Shown: one piece after another, positions 37,320 through 45,818 of the stretch | How the letters are laid out: every line of letters begins with the position of its first letter | How positions within the stretch are numbered: the stretch's first letter is position 1 | Source of the DNA: Candidatus Oxydemutator sp. | GTDB lineage: Bacteria; Pseudomonadota; Gammaproteobacteria; Poriferisulfidales; Oxydemutatoraceae | Direction: 5' to 3' | NCBI GenBank assembly: GCA_965203445.1 | Contig: OZ241883.1 | Coordinates: 448,001 to 512,000 of the forward strand | Length of the DNA: 64,000 nt | Position numbers and translations under genes: made by a program | The notes under the pieces: model-generated | What the model was told of the DNA's origin: nothing | The model's database searches: none | Seen by the model: the letters and a program-made list of their open reading frames with translations, nothing else

Positions 37320-37528
37320 AGCGTAATTTTACATGTACTCACGGAGAAATATAACCATGAACAATCACACTCTATCTGGTGCGATTTGATAACGGCCAGG
37401 AAAGAAAGTACGACATTGCCCCGTTGCCGACAAAGAAAATGTTTGCCCCCTTGAAAGCCCCGCTTTGTTCCAATACATTGCAGTGGAGCAAGAGTGTTAC
37501 TATCCTTACTGTCAACCAAAGGAGCTGA

Positions 37529-37750
37529 ATGATGAAAAAGAAACAATCCGCCCAGGGACAACCTCCTCGCGGCGGGCGCGCGCAAAATTGCAGCGCCATA
37601 CTGAAAAAGGCGTTGTCCCGGCCGGGAGTGCGTGAGTTTATGGAGGTATATGGCCAGTGGCAGGAGCGGGACAAAGGGCTTGACTCGTATCGGGCGGCGA
37701 CGAAAGAATCTCGTCAGATTATTACCACGGATCACGCCAACCCCTCGTAG
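37529..37750 (+). CDS. Small hypothetical protein
   Basis: 73-aa ORF with an aaggag RBS upstream. Confidence 0.5.
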   Translation: MMKKKQSAQGQPPRGGRAQNCSAILKKALSRPGVREFMEVYGQWQERDKGLDSYRAATKESRQIITTDHANPS

Positions 37751-37770
37751 CCGCTTAAACTGTATAAACC

Positions 37771-38538
37771 ATGCTTCACCAGTTCATCCATCAACAGCGC
37801 GTAAAACGCGGGATAACCCAGGAATACCTTGCATCGGCGCTCGATGTTTCGCGCCCGACGTATATCCAGATCGAGCGCGGCAAGCGGGAGCCGACTATAT
37901 CCGAAGCCAGAAAACTCGCGGCAATTTTCGACTTGTCGTTGGAGGCTTTTCTGGCCGAGAGAGAACCGAAGCACGAGATCATCGTCGAGCAGGAGCCGGC
38001 GGGCGGTGCCGACGATCTGCAAATTCGCGTGACCAGAAAAAACCTCGACAAGTGTAAGCAGGTTTTGCTGTACGTGCTGACCAAAGTAGGCGCCAAACCG
38101 AACGTCGGCGAAACGGTGCTGCATAAACTGCTCTACTTCATTGACTTCGACTACTACGAAAAATATGAGGAAAACCTGATGGGCGCAACCTACATCAAGA
38201 ACCATCACGGCCCCACTTCGGTGGAGTTCGCAAAGGTCGTCGGCGACATGCAGAAACAAGGGGAACTGCAAGCCGTAAAAAGCAAACATTTCCAATACCG
38301 GCAGAAAAAATACCTGCCGCTGACCTCGCCCAAACTCGACCTGCTCTCGGCCCGCGAAGCCGCCCACATTGACGGCGTGCTCGCCCGCCTCTCGGACAAG
38401 AACGCCGCCGAGATAGAACATTACTCGCACGGGGACATCCCGTGGCAATCCGCACAACACGGCAAACCGCTTTCCTACGAGAGCGTCTTCTACCGCGACG
38501 AAAAATACTCCGTAAGAAGCCACGACGATGCGCTTTGA
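37771..38538 (+). CDS. XRE-HTH plus DUF4065 (SocA/Panacea-like) antitoxin-type protein
   Basis: TQEYLASALDVSRPTYIQIERGKREP; LHKLLYFIDF, HHGP, YSHGDIPW. Confidence 0.82.
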   Translation: MLHQFIHQQRVKRGITQEYLASALDVSRPTYIQIERGKREPTISEARKLAAIFDLSLEAFLAEREPKHEIIVEQEPAGGADDLQIRVTRKNLDKCKQVLLYVLTKVGAKPNVGETVLHKLLYFIDFDYYEKYEENLMGATYIKNHHGPTSVEFAKVVGDMQKQGELQAVKSKHFQYRQKKYLPLTSPKLDLLSAREAAHIDGVLARLSDKNAAEIEHYSHGDIPWQSAQHGKPLSYESVFYRDEKYSVRSHDDAL

Positions 38539-38582
38539 TGGGGTGGCGGAGTTTCAGGTTTGGCTTTGTGCGGCTGGCAACC

Positions 38583-39359
38583 ATGATGACATTGATCAGG
38601 CAATTTTGGGATAGGTTCATAATTCCCCTAATTATGGGAGATAGGCCACACAGAAATAACGTTGAATCGAAGCCAAGCCGCAAACCATATGGCCCGTCAC
38701 GCTTCGCTGATTTATTGCAAGCCTATACGGGGTCTTTGGAAAAATCTGATGGTGAGCCAAAGACAGCAGGTGAGTTAATCTCGGAACTCACTGATGGAGC
38801 AAACTTAGTTGATGGAAAACATACTTGCGAATACGCCGATGACAACAAGCACGACATTGAATGCATGAAGAAGTGTTGTGATGCTGAGATAAAGACTATG
38901 GAAATAATTGGGCTGGTTGCAGCGCCATACTATTTCCATCGAGTGGCAGTGCTCTCCCGAAAAATAAAAAACTATCGCCAAGAAGTTTATTACTGTGAAA
39001 CTTACATCCGATTAGTTGAAAACTATTACGCCGAACATGGAACGAAGGGCATAGCCGATGTAAGAAAAGGCCCGCGTTTCCAAGCGATAGTTAATCGCCT
39101 TCCCAAAGCAAAAGAGCTGTTGGCCAAAAAGCGCCCGCGCCACCCGATGCCCGCCTTCGTCAGACAGGCCCTGCAAAGCCACAACCTGATGGACACTTAC
39201 AATCAGCGCCCGGCCTATCAGCGAAACGATTATCTCGGCTGGATCAACGCCGCCAAGCGCGCCAAGACGAAAGAAAAGCGGCTGCGGCAGATGTTGGACG
39301 AGCTGAGGGCAGGCGGCATCTATATGAAAATGAAACACCCGCCATCGTCGAAACGCTAA
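38583..39359 (+). CDS. Hypothetical protein with C-terminal YdeI/OmpD-associated domain
   Basis: C-terminus RHPMPAFVRQAL..YNQRPAYQRNDYLGWINAAKR..TKEKRLRQMLDEL. The N-terminal part is more AT-rich and unrecognised. Confidence 0.65.
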   Translation: MMTLIRQFWDRFIIPLIMGDRPHRNNVESKPSRKPYGPSRFADLLQAYTGSLEKSDGEPKTAGELISELTDGANLVDGKHTCEYADDNKHDIECMKKCCDAEIKTMEIIGLVAAPYYFHRVAVLSRKIKNYRQEVYYCETYIRLVENYYAEHGTKGIADVRKGPRFQAIVNRLPKAKELLAKKRPRHPMPAFVRQALQSHNLMDTYNQRPAYQRNDYLGWINAAKRAKTKEKRLRQMLDELRAGGIYMKMKHPPSSKR

Positions 39360-39537
39360 CGGGAACCTCATATTACCTACCAAGATTCCTGGCGAAACAA
39401 AATCAACTCAACAGACGATAGGTGCGTTTGCGGTTCACCACCAGCCCTTCGGCAACCAGCATCTCGTGCAGCATCAGATACCCTTAGTGTTGAAACTTGG
39501 CATTCTCTCTCTCCAATTGCCTTAGGGGATAGGTCAA

Positions 39538-42126
39538 TCAGTCATTTCGCTTGGCGACAGCGGTAGAGGCTGATGGATGGTTGACCTCCGAGCTAACAGG
39601 GGCAGGTAAGATCCCCAATCTATCAATAATTTTCTGTCGATCCCTATAGTTAATAGTATGCGTACGAGAATGTCCGACTATTTCAAAGTCTAAGATTCTC
39701 CTTGCTATTACAGAGAAGTCCTTTTTATTTCTCCTTTCAGCAATAGATTCTATTTGTAAATTTTTGCTGTACCACATCAATATTCCATGTTTTATGATAA
39801 AAGAAGCTGGAGTATTCCTCTTATCACATACTGCTTCGACAATATTTATTAACTTATCTGAACCTAAGGAATGTACTATTTTGTAGAGTACTCCATAAAT
39901 AAGAAGAAAATTTATATTCCAAAAAATAATCCTCGATACTTTTTCTAATTCTTTCCGGCTTGGTCTTTTCTTTTTGCTCTCCGCGAATATTTCTAATCTA
40001 TCGGAAATAAATTTCACCAACTCTTCTTGCTGATATTCTTCTCTTATTAATTCAAAAAATGATGATAAAAACCTCAATTGAATATCCATTGCCTTCTCAA
40101 ATGTTTCTTTAAGATATTCTTTTTCAAGCGAGCCAGCACGATTCTTTATAATCTGTCCCATAACCTCCGCCGTTTTGATGCCTTTTCTTAACTCATTTTC
40201 AAACTCATCTTCCACTTCGCCACTTTCAAAACCTTTTTCCTCCATCTCTTTCGCTTCTTCAATGACATCTTGAGACTTTAGTTGATCATGTCTGGTTCTT
40301 TCTGGCGTTTGATCCGTGGGCAGAGCGGCTGTGACTATATCATTAGCGTGTTTATCAAAAAAATTAAGTTCTTCTTTGCCTAATGATGCTGGCTTATAGT
40401 TCTTAAATATATCGTCAGCGTTAATAAAGGCTTTCTTTAAGACTTGAATATTTTTAGAGTGATGAAATACAAATACCGCAATATAAGCATTTTCATTTGT
40501 ATGAAGATTACTGATAATTCTGCTAATGCTTTTCTCACACTCATTCAAATGCTCTGCTATATATCTAGCAGCAAAAAAATAGTACAAATATAGATAACAA
40601 AAAGAGTAGTTCCCAAGGCTATCTCTACATAATATTTGTGTTCTCTGTAAATTTTTTAGTAGGGTATCTTCTTTCACGGGGAAATTATACTTCTGTAAAT
40701 AATCTCTCATAAAATTCCGATAATCATTCTGTGATACTTCTCGTTTCCTATTTTTAAAAAAATGAAAGGCAAATACAGTTAGAAAATTGATATAAGTGTC
40801 TATTTCATCGTTTCCTATTCCTTGTTTCCGCAACGCACAATATATTAGCGCTTGGTAACAATACCCTTGTGATGTGATTTCCTCGTTTAGTGGTTTAAGT
40901 GTTTCATAAGTACAAATCGCCGATAAAATAAAGAAAGGATACGCTGGCATTATTCCACTGCCTAGAATCTTGCCCAAAATGGAGTCCACTAATTCTGTTG
41001 TTTTATCAATATTCTCATAATGATCATTCATGCCACCGCTATCCTGACCTGCTAAATCTGTCCATCTGCCAATTAACTCACTCCTCAAAGATGGCTTTAA
41101 TTCCTCAATCTGAAAATGAGGGAATGACCTCGTCAGGCTTTCATCTTTCAGATTCAAGCTGAAAATATCATCAACTATGATTATTCTATTTTTGTACAAA
41201 GATAACCGATTAATATGTTTTTCTTTGTTTGTGGCCAAATGAAAATCATCAATAATAGGAACGATTCTGTTTGCGCCAATCTCATCAATTGAAGCAGCGT
41301 TGTACTGCTTCTTAAAAGCAGCGGCTATCCTGTTTTCTACTACTCCAGCAAGACGCTTATTTTCATCATGAACGTAAACAGGTACTAACCCTTTTTCTCT
41401 CAATACTGTGAATAGTTTTTTGCACAAAGTAGTTTTTCCTGATTGATTCTCTCCAGCAATCAACACGGCAGAATATTCTGTGATGTTCTTTATTAGGACC
41501 TCAGAACTAATATACTCTCTCTTATCTTTTGAACGATCATACTTTGATAATGTCGGATAAATGAAAATATCGTCCAAGCGTAGTGTTTCTTTGCCAGAGT
41601 GAGCGCGTGTCAATAGTTCCGCGCTGCCTAAAAAATCTTGGAAACTATCTTTAATTACTAGTTGTTTGCATTTGTTCTCACTCACAATAACTTTCTTCAA
41701 CTCTTCATAAACAGAATGCCATGCGGTGTCAGAAGTTTCAAAACTCGAAACAGGCTTTCCATCTTTGGGCAAGGCTAACAACTCGAAAATATCACCATCA
41801 TCTTTCCAGCCACATTCTTTTAGAATTATTGGCACGACTGAAATACCCTTTTTATTTTTGAGCTCAATGGCTCGTTTCTTCTCATTAATACACTCGTCCG
41901 AGGCAAGAAACTCTGCTGATATAAATAGACAAATAATATCTGCCTGCTCGAGATTATTATGTATATGATCTCGAAATATCGCACCGGGTAATATTTTTCT
42001 GTCGTACCAATCTTCAATTAATCCCTTTTGCTTAAGTGGATCAATATGCTTAGTAAACTTCTCAATATCAGCTTCATCCTCATGGCAATAGCTGATAAAT
42101 AGTTTTAACTTTTGAGTTTCACTCAT
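39538..42126 (-). CDS. TIR domain plus STAND-like P-loop NTPase (internal start)
   Basis: Own RBS and ATG (aaaggagaaattttATG at 42126); 862 aa; markedly AT-rich. Confidence 0.8.
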   Translation of the reverse strand: MSETQKLKLFISYCHEDEADIEKFTKHIDPLKQKGLIEDWYDRKILPGAIFRDHIHNNLEQADIICLFISAEFLASDECINEKKRAIELKNKKGISVVPIILKECGWKDDGDIFELLALPKDGKPVSSFETSDTAWHSVYEELKKVIVSENKCKQLVIKDSFQDFLGSAELLTRAHSGKETLRLDDIFIYPTLSKYDRSKDKREYISSEVLIKNITEYSAVLIAGENQSGKTTLCKKLFTVLREKGLVPVYVHDENKRLAGVVENRIAAAFKKQYNAASIDEIGANRIVPIIDDFHLATNKEKHINRLSLYKNRIIIVDDIFSLNLKDESLTRSFPHFQIEELKPSLRSELIGRWTDLAGQDSGGMNDHYENIDKTTELVDSILGKILGSGIMPAYPFFILSAICTYETLKPLNEEITSQGYCYQALIYCALRKQGIGNDEIDTYINFLTVFAFHFFKNRKREVSQNDYRNFMRDYLQKYNFPVKEDTLLKNLQRTQILCRDSLGNYSFCYLYLYYFFAARYIAEHLNECEKSISRIISNLHTNENAYIAVFVFHHSKNIQVLKKAFINADDIFKNYKPASLGKEELNFFDKHANDIVTAALPTDQTPERTRHDQLKSQDVIEEAKEMEEKGFESGEVEDEFENELRKGIKTAEVMGQIIKNRAGSLEKEYLKETFEKAMDIQLRFLSSFFELIREEYQQEELVKFISDRLEIFAESKKKRPSRKELEKVSRIIFWNINFLLIYGVLYKIVHSLGSDKLINIVEAVCDKRNTPASFIIKHGILMWYSKNLQIESIAERRNKKDFSVIARRILDFEIVGHSRTHTINYRDRQKIIDRLGILPAPVSSEVNHPSASTAVAKRND

Positions 42127-43605
42127 AAAATTTCTCCTTTGTTTGTCTTTTCGTCTGACCCTAACTTTGGCGTCCATCAATTTTGGTAACAGGGTGTCTC
42201 GTAGGTTTTCAAGTGCATAAATGTGGCAGGAATTGGAGGTAATTCTTTCGTCAATAGACTTTATGTTGTCTTGAAATTTTTGAATTAAATCAGAAGGTGG
42301 CAAGACGATTTCGATATTCCCGAAATCATTTTTGCTTATGGAACCGAATACCGTTCCTTCTTGATCAAATTGTCTGATTTCACCCATCAGTGATTTTGTC
42401 TTGTAGTAGGTGTAACTATAGAAATCTTTATTCTTCTTGTATCGCAGGGAGGCTACACCTCGGCCTATGCAGCATTTTTCTTGTGCCATGTTTAATTCAC
42501 CAACCGGGGCGCGGACGCTGATCAGCGTATCATATTTTTCCGCAAGTCTTTTAGGTTCGGTAGTATAGACTCGGTTTTTCGGAAAACGAAAGCCAAAATC
42601 CGCATTCCCTTGAAATAGAGGAGTGCCTTGTCTTACCTCATTATAAGATTTTCCAGGCGGAGATTGTCCCATTGTAAGATTAAATTCGCCAGACAATGCG
42701 CTGGTATCCCACCTCTCATCCGCTTCCTCGACAAACCATTGGCGGAAGAGGGTTTGGGCTAGGTTCTCGAGGGTTTTGTTCTGGCGGTGGAGCAGGTCTA
42801 TTTTGTCGTCGAGGGATGAGAGTACTTGGGCGATGGCTTTTTGTTCGGGGAGCGGGGGCAGAAGAATCTGTAAATTTTCAATATCGGACGGTCTTAATGA
42901 CGGGTAGGCAGATGTTGCCCCTTCTGCTATCGAATCAAGTTTTTCTACCGTGTCATTAGATGTTAAGAAGAAATAAATAAACATGGGTTCCGCTTTCCTC
43001 TTGTCTGTTTCAATAACTGAAAATCCAGTTGACACGACAAGGTTTGCCGGAGGGTTTTTTATGAAGCCATAATGGCGCTGAATAGGTCTCACTGTTGAAT
43101 AAATTATGTCATGGTTTTTTACCAACCGTTTTGCCCTACTCGGCGCGTCCGGTAGTTCAAATGTTTGGTAAGATTCTGTCCTTCCTTCACATATCGAGCC
43201 CGTATCCAAGTATCGGATTTTGATATGTTCATAGTTCTTATCTACGCTCCGTTGATTAGATTTGACGATCTTCCCCAACTTCACCTCCCGCCAGCCTGCC
43301 AACTCCGTCTTTTCCTGCAACACCACGTATTTTTTCCTGATGTTATCTTTGAAATCTTCGGGGATGTCTTCCCATACGAGAAGTTGGACGGTAAAGGGCA
43401 GATTGCTTTCCACGAAGGCCTCTTTTGCGTTGGCGACTTCCATGTCCGTCGCATTCCAGACAACCAAGTCAAGATCCGAAGCAGGATCGGCTTTCCACTT
43501 CACGCGGGAACCATAGGCCCATACCGTTTTATCGGTCAGGTAAGTGCCCAACAGTTCGCGCAACAGGCGCAAGTGCCTGTTTTCAAGGTCTATCAAGCGT
43601 TCCAT
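39538..43605 (-). CDS. hsdS: MNT nucleotidyltransferase-HsdS fused in frame to a TIR-NTPase
   Basis: AYGSR..SDLDL (MNT); PPLPEQKAIA..LDDKIDL and LRDTLLPKLM (HsdS conserved helices); then FISYCHED..WYDRKI..FLASDECINE (TIR) and GENQSGKTT..IIDDFH (P-loop). Confidence 0.88.
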   Translation of the reverse strand: MERLIDLENRHLRLLRELLGTYLTDKTVWAYGSRVKWKADPASDLDLVVWNATDMEVANAKEAFVESNLPFTVQLLVWEDIPEDFKDNIRKKYVVLQEKTELAGWREVKLGKIVKSNQRSVDKNYEHIKIRYLDTGSICEGRTESYQTFELPDAPSRAKRLVKNHDIIYSTVRPIQRHYGFIKNPPANLVVSTGFSVIETDKRKAEPMFIYFFLTSNDTVEKLDSIAEGATSAYPSLRPSDIENLQILLPPLPEQKAIAQVLSSLDDKIDLLHRQNKTLENLAQTLFRQWFVEEADERWDTSALSGEFNLTMGQSPPGKSYNEVRQGTPLFQGNADFGFRFPKNRVYTTEPKRLAEKYDTLISVRAPVGELNMAQEKCCIGRGVASLRYKKNKDFYSYTYYKTKSLMGEIRQFDQEGTVFGSISKNDFGNIEIVLPPSDLIQKFQDNIKSIDERITSNSCHIYALENLRDTLLPKLMDAKVRVRRKDKQRRNFMSETQKLKLFISYCHEDEADIEKFTKHIDPLKQKGLIEDWYDRKILPGAIFRDHIHNNLEQADIICLFISAEFLASDECINEKKRAIELKNKKGISVVPIILKECGWKDDGDIFELLALPKDGKPVSSFETSDTAWHSVYEELKKVIVSENKCKQLVIKDSFQDFLGSAELLTRAHSGKETLRLDDIFIYPTLSKYDRSKDKREYISSEVLIKNITEYSAVLIAGENQSGKTTLCKKLFTVLREKGLVPVYVHDENKRLAGVVENRIAAAFKKQYNAASIDEIGANRIVPIIDDFHLATNKEKHINRLSLYKNRIIIVDDIFSLNLKDESLTRSFPHFQIEELKPSLRSELIGRWTDLAGQDSGGMNDHYENIDKTTELVDSILGKILGSGIMPAYPFFILSAICTYETLKPLNEEITSQGYCYQALIYCALRKQGIGNDEIDTYINFLTVFAFHFFKNRKREVSQNDYRNFMRDYLQKYNFPVKEDTLLKNLQRTQILCRDSLGNYSFCYLYLYYFFAARYIAEHLNECEKSISRIISNLHTNENAYIAVFVFHHSKNIQVLKKAFINADDIFKNYKPASLGKEELNFFDKHANDIVTAALPTDQTPERTRHDQLKSQDVIEEAKEMEEKGFESGEVEDEFENELRKGIKTAEVMGQIIKNRAGSLEKEYLKETFEKAMDIQLRFLSSFFELIREEYQQEELVKFISDRLEIFAESKKKRPSRKELEKVSRIIFWNINFLLIYGVLYKIVHSLGSDKLINIVEAVCDKRNTPASFIIKHGILMWYSKNLQIESIAERRNKKDFSVIARRILDFEIVGHSRTHTINYRDRQKIIDRLGILPAPVSSEVNHPSASTAVAKRND

Positions 43606-44021
43606 TCTTCACCTGTCATGGCTTCGTAAAGATCAATAGCGTCCGCAATGAAATCGGGGACAAGCTCCAGGGTTGCGTTTGCCTTCGCTTCATCATGCTT
43701 ATAGCTGGTATCGTTTCTTTTGTCGGTGTATTGAAGCCAGGCTTCCGCGTCATTTATTACCCGGCTTTCAAATCCCGACCGGAATAGGGATTTCGGCCTT
43801 ACATCTCGCAGACCGGAAACCCCTTCTTCCTGAAGATACTTTTTCAGGTGTTTGTGTGCCATATCGAAGCAGACTTCAAAGCGCTGAATGCAGGACTCTC
43901 GGAATTTGTCCCGGTCGGAATCCCGCAACTCCGGCCGGTTCGGGCATTCCAGCCATGCCTCATGGCCTTCTTGAAGCAGAGCCAAGGCTTTTTTCAGTCT
44001 TTCATAGTTTATCTCGCTCAT
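43593..44021 (-). CDS. HEPN protein (HI0074 family)
   Basis: RESCIQRFEVCFDMAHKHLKKYL; motif RNDTSYKH. Confidence 0.85.
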   Translation of the reverse strand: MSEINYERLKKALALLQEGHEAWLECPNRPELRDSDRDKFRESCIQRFEVCFDMAHKHLKKYLQEEGVSGLRDVRPKSLFRSGFESRVINDAEAWLQYTDKRNDTSYKHDEAKANATLELVPDFIADAIDLYEAMTGEEWNA

Positions 44022-44075
44022 GCTTCCACCTCCCGCCAGCCTTCCCGCCTCGGTTTTCCCTGCGATGCTGTGTCT

Positions 44076-44411
44076 TTATTTCTGGTTTTTAAGCTCATCT
44101 TTTGTGAACAGGGTCTTGTTGCAATCTTCAATGCGTTCTTTCAGGGGCCGATAGCTGATCGTCTGCCAGGCGGTGACGTCGACTTTGTACGGCAGGCTGC
44201 TTTCCAGGAAAAGTGTATACAGCCTGCGAACGGCGGCTTCGTCCACGTTCCCGTATATCACCAAGTCAATATCGGAGTGGCTTTTACGGGTTCCGTCCGC
44301 GCGGGAACCGAACAGCGCCACCCTTTCGGCACCGGGTGCGCCCTGGTTGATGATGGATTTTATCTTTTGTAGTTGAGACCGGCTCAACCCGTGATCAAGC
44401 GCCGTCCGCAT
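44076..44411 (-). CDS. Minimal nucleotidyltransferase (MNT)
   Basis: LFGSRADG..SDIDLVI; ESSLPYKVDV. Confidence 0.9.
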   Translation of the reverse strand: MRTALDHGLSRSQLQKIKSIINQGAPGAERVALFGSRADGTRKSHSDIDLVIYGNVDEAAVRRLYTLFLESSLPYKVDVTAWQTISYRPLKERIEDCNKTLFTKDELKNQK

Positions 44412-44832
44412 GGATGTCTTCCTCCGCCAGTTTTTCGTATAGCTCATCGAAGCAGAGCAGGTATTTTTCGCCTATCTGTTCTATCACCGTCTCGAATCTC
44501 TTGAAGTTGTAGGTGTGGCTCATTTCATTGCGGGCGTCCAGCAGGTTCATCCACTCTTCCCCGCGCTCGATGAGTTTTGCGGCGACCGCCTCTTTTATCA
44601 CGGCTCTCGGCGTAATTTGCGCAAACACCACGTTCTGGCTCTCCAGATAGTCTTTCATCGTTTTCCAGGAGAGTTCGGTGCAGTATTCAAAACGATGCAC
44701 CATGCCCTCCCTGCCCAGTTGATCCAGTTTGTTTTCATGGTGCAGTTCATTGGCCTCCTGCAACAGAAAGAAGGCTCTTTTGAAATTGGCGAAACGGTAT
44801 TGCCAGCGCTGTTTTTCCTGCTGGATGGTCAC
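44395..44832 (-). CDS. HEPN protein (HI0074 family)
   Basis: RWQYRFANFKRA, GMVHRFEYCTELSWKTMKDYL, RNEMSHTY (RX4HXY). The GTG start overlaps the upstream stop. Confidence 0.9.
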   Translation of the reverse strand: MTIQQEKQRWQYRFANFKRAFFLLQEANELHHENKLDQLGREGMVHRFEYCTELSWKTMKDYLESQNVVFAQITPRAVIKEAVAAKLIERGEEWMNLLDARNEMSHTYNFKRFETVIEQIGEKYLLCFDELYEKLAEEDIHADGA

Positions 44833-45818
44833 TTGTACTTTCCGCTCAACAGCAATACGATCAGGCCGATCATCTGTTCTTTGTCCCCCGGTTTGGATTC
44901 GGCAATCAGCAAAGTCAACGCGGTCAGGGTCTCCGGCGTGATTCTTTCCCGAAAGCGGAACCCCGCCTTTTGCAGAAACCAGATAAAACAAAAGGCCCCG
45001 GTGCGCTTGTTGCCGTCGTTAAACGGATGGTTTTTTATCGTGAAGTAAAGCAGATGGGCGGCTTTTTCCTCTATGCTCGGATAGGCGTCTTGACTGAAAG
45101 CGGATTGCAATACACTGGCCAAAATCGCCTCCATGCTGCCTTGTGTTTTTTCCTGGGCGAACAGTTCCGTCGCCTCGTCTTTCCGCAGTAGTTCCACCTT
45201 GAGTGTGGCAATCGCCGCGTACAAGTCTTCCGACTGAATGGCCAGCGTTTTTTTGCTCAACCCCTTTTGCGGGAACATTTGCCGGTCATAGGATTCCAAA
45301 GAAAACCAGACACCAGCAAAAGTTTTGATCAGACCCAGAACGTCGCTTGTCTTCAGACCGGTGTTGCCGACGGAAATTTTTTTGATGTCTTCTACGGTCT
45401 GTAAAAACTTTGCATAATTCGTGCCGATGCGTTTTCTGTTGATGGTGTAGCCCTGGAGCAAATGCCGCTTCAGGGTCTTGGTCGCCCAAATGCGGAACTG
45501 TGTGGCCTGCTTGGAATCTACGCGGTAGCCAACCGAGAGAATGAGATCCAAGTTGTAGTATTCAATTTCGCGTGATATTTGCCGATTTCCTTCCTTTTGA
45601 ACTGTTGCAATTTTTGCAACAGTTGCCTCGGCTTCCAGCTCACCAGACTGAAATACATTCTTGATATGGCGTGAAATAACCGATTTATCTCTGCCGAATA
45701 ATTCGGCAATCTGGCTCAGATTGCCCCAGACGGTGTTGCCGTCCACGTCGCCGCGAAACTCTATCCGCCCGCTTCTGGCCTGGTAAATGACCATCTTTTC
45801 CCGCCGTTTATTTTTCAT
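44829..45818 (-). CDS. RhuM-like domain plus Fic/Doc protein
   Basis: YYNLDLILSVGYRV.S..ATQFRIWAT (RhuM); KNHPFNDGNKRTG (Doc-type Fic). Confidence 0.9.
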   Translation of the reverse strand: MKNKRREKMVIYQARSGRIEFRGDVDGNTVWGNLSQIAELFGRDKSVISRHIKNVFQSGELEAEATVAKIATVQKEGNRQISREIEYYNLDLILSVGYRVDSKQATQFRIWATKTLKRHLLQGYTINRKRIGTNYAKFLQTVEDIKKISVGNTGLKTSDVLGLIKTFAGVWFSLESYDRQMFPQKGLSKKTLAIQSEDLYAAIATLKVELLRKDEATELFAQEKTQGSMEAILASVLQSAFSQDAYPSIEEKAAHLLYFTIKNHPFNDGNKRTGAFCFIWFLQKAGFRFRERITPETLTALTLLIAESKPGDKEQMIGLIVLLLSGKYK

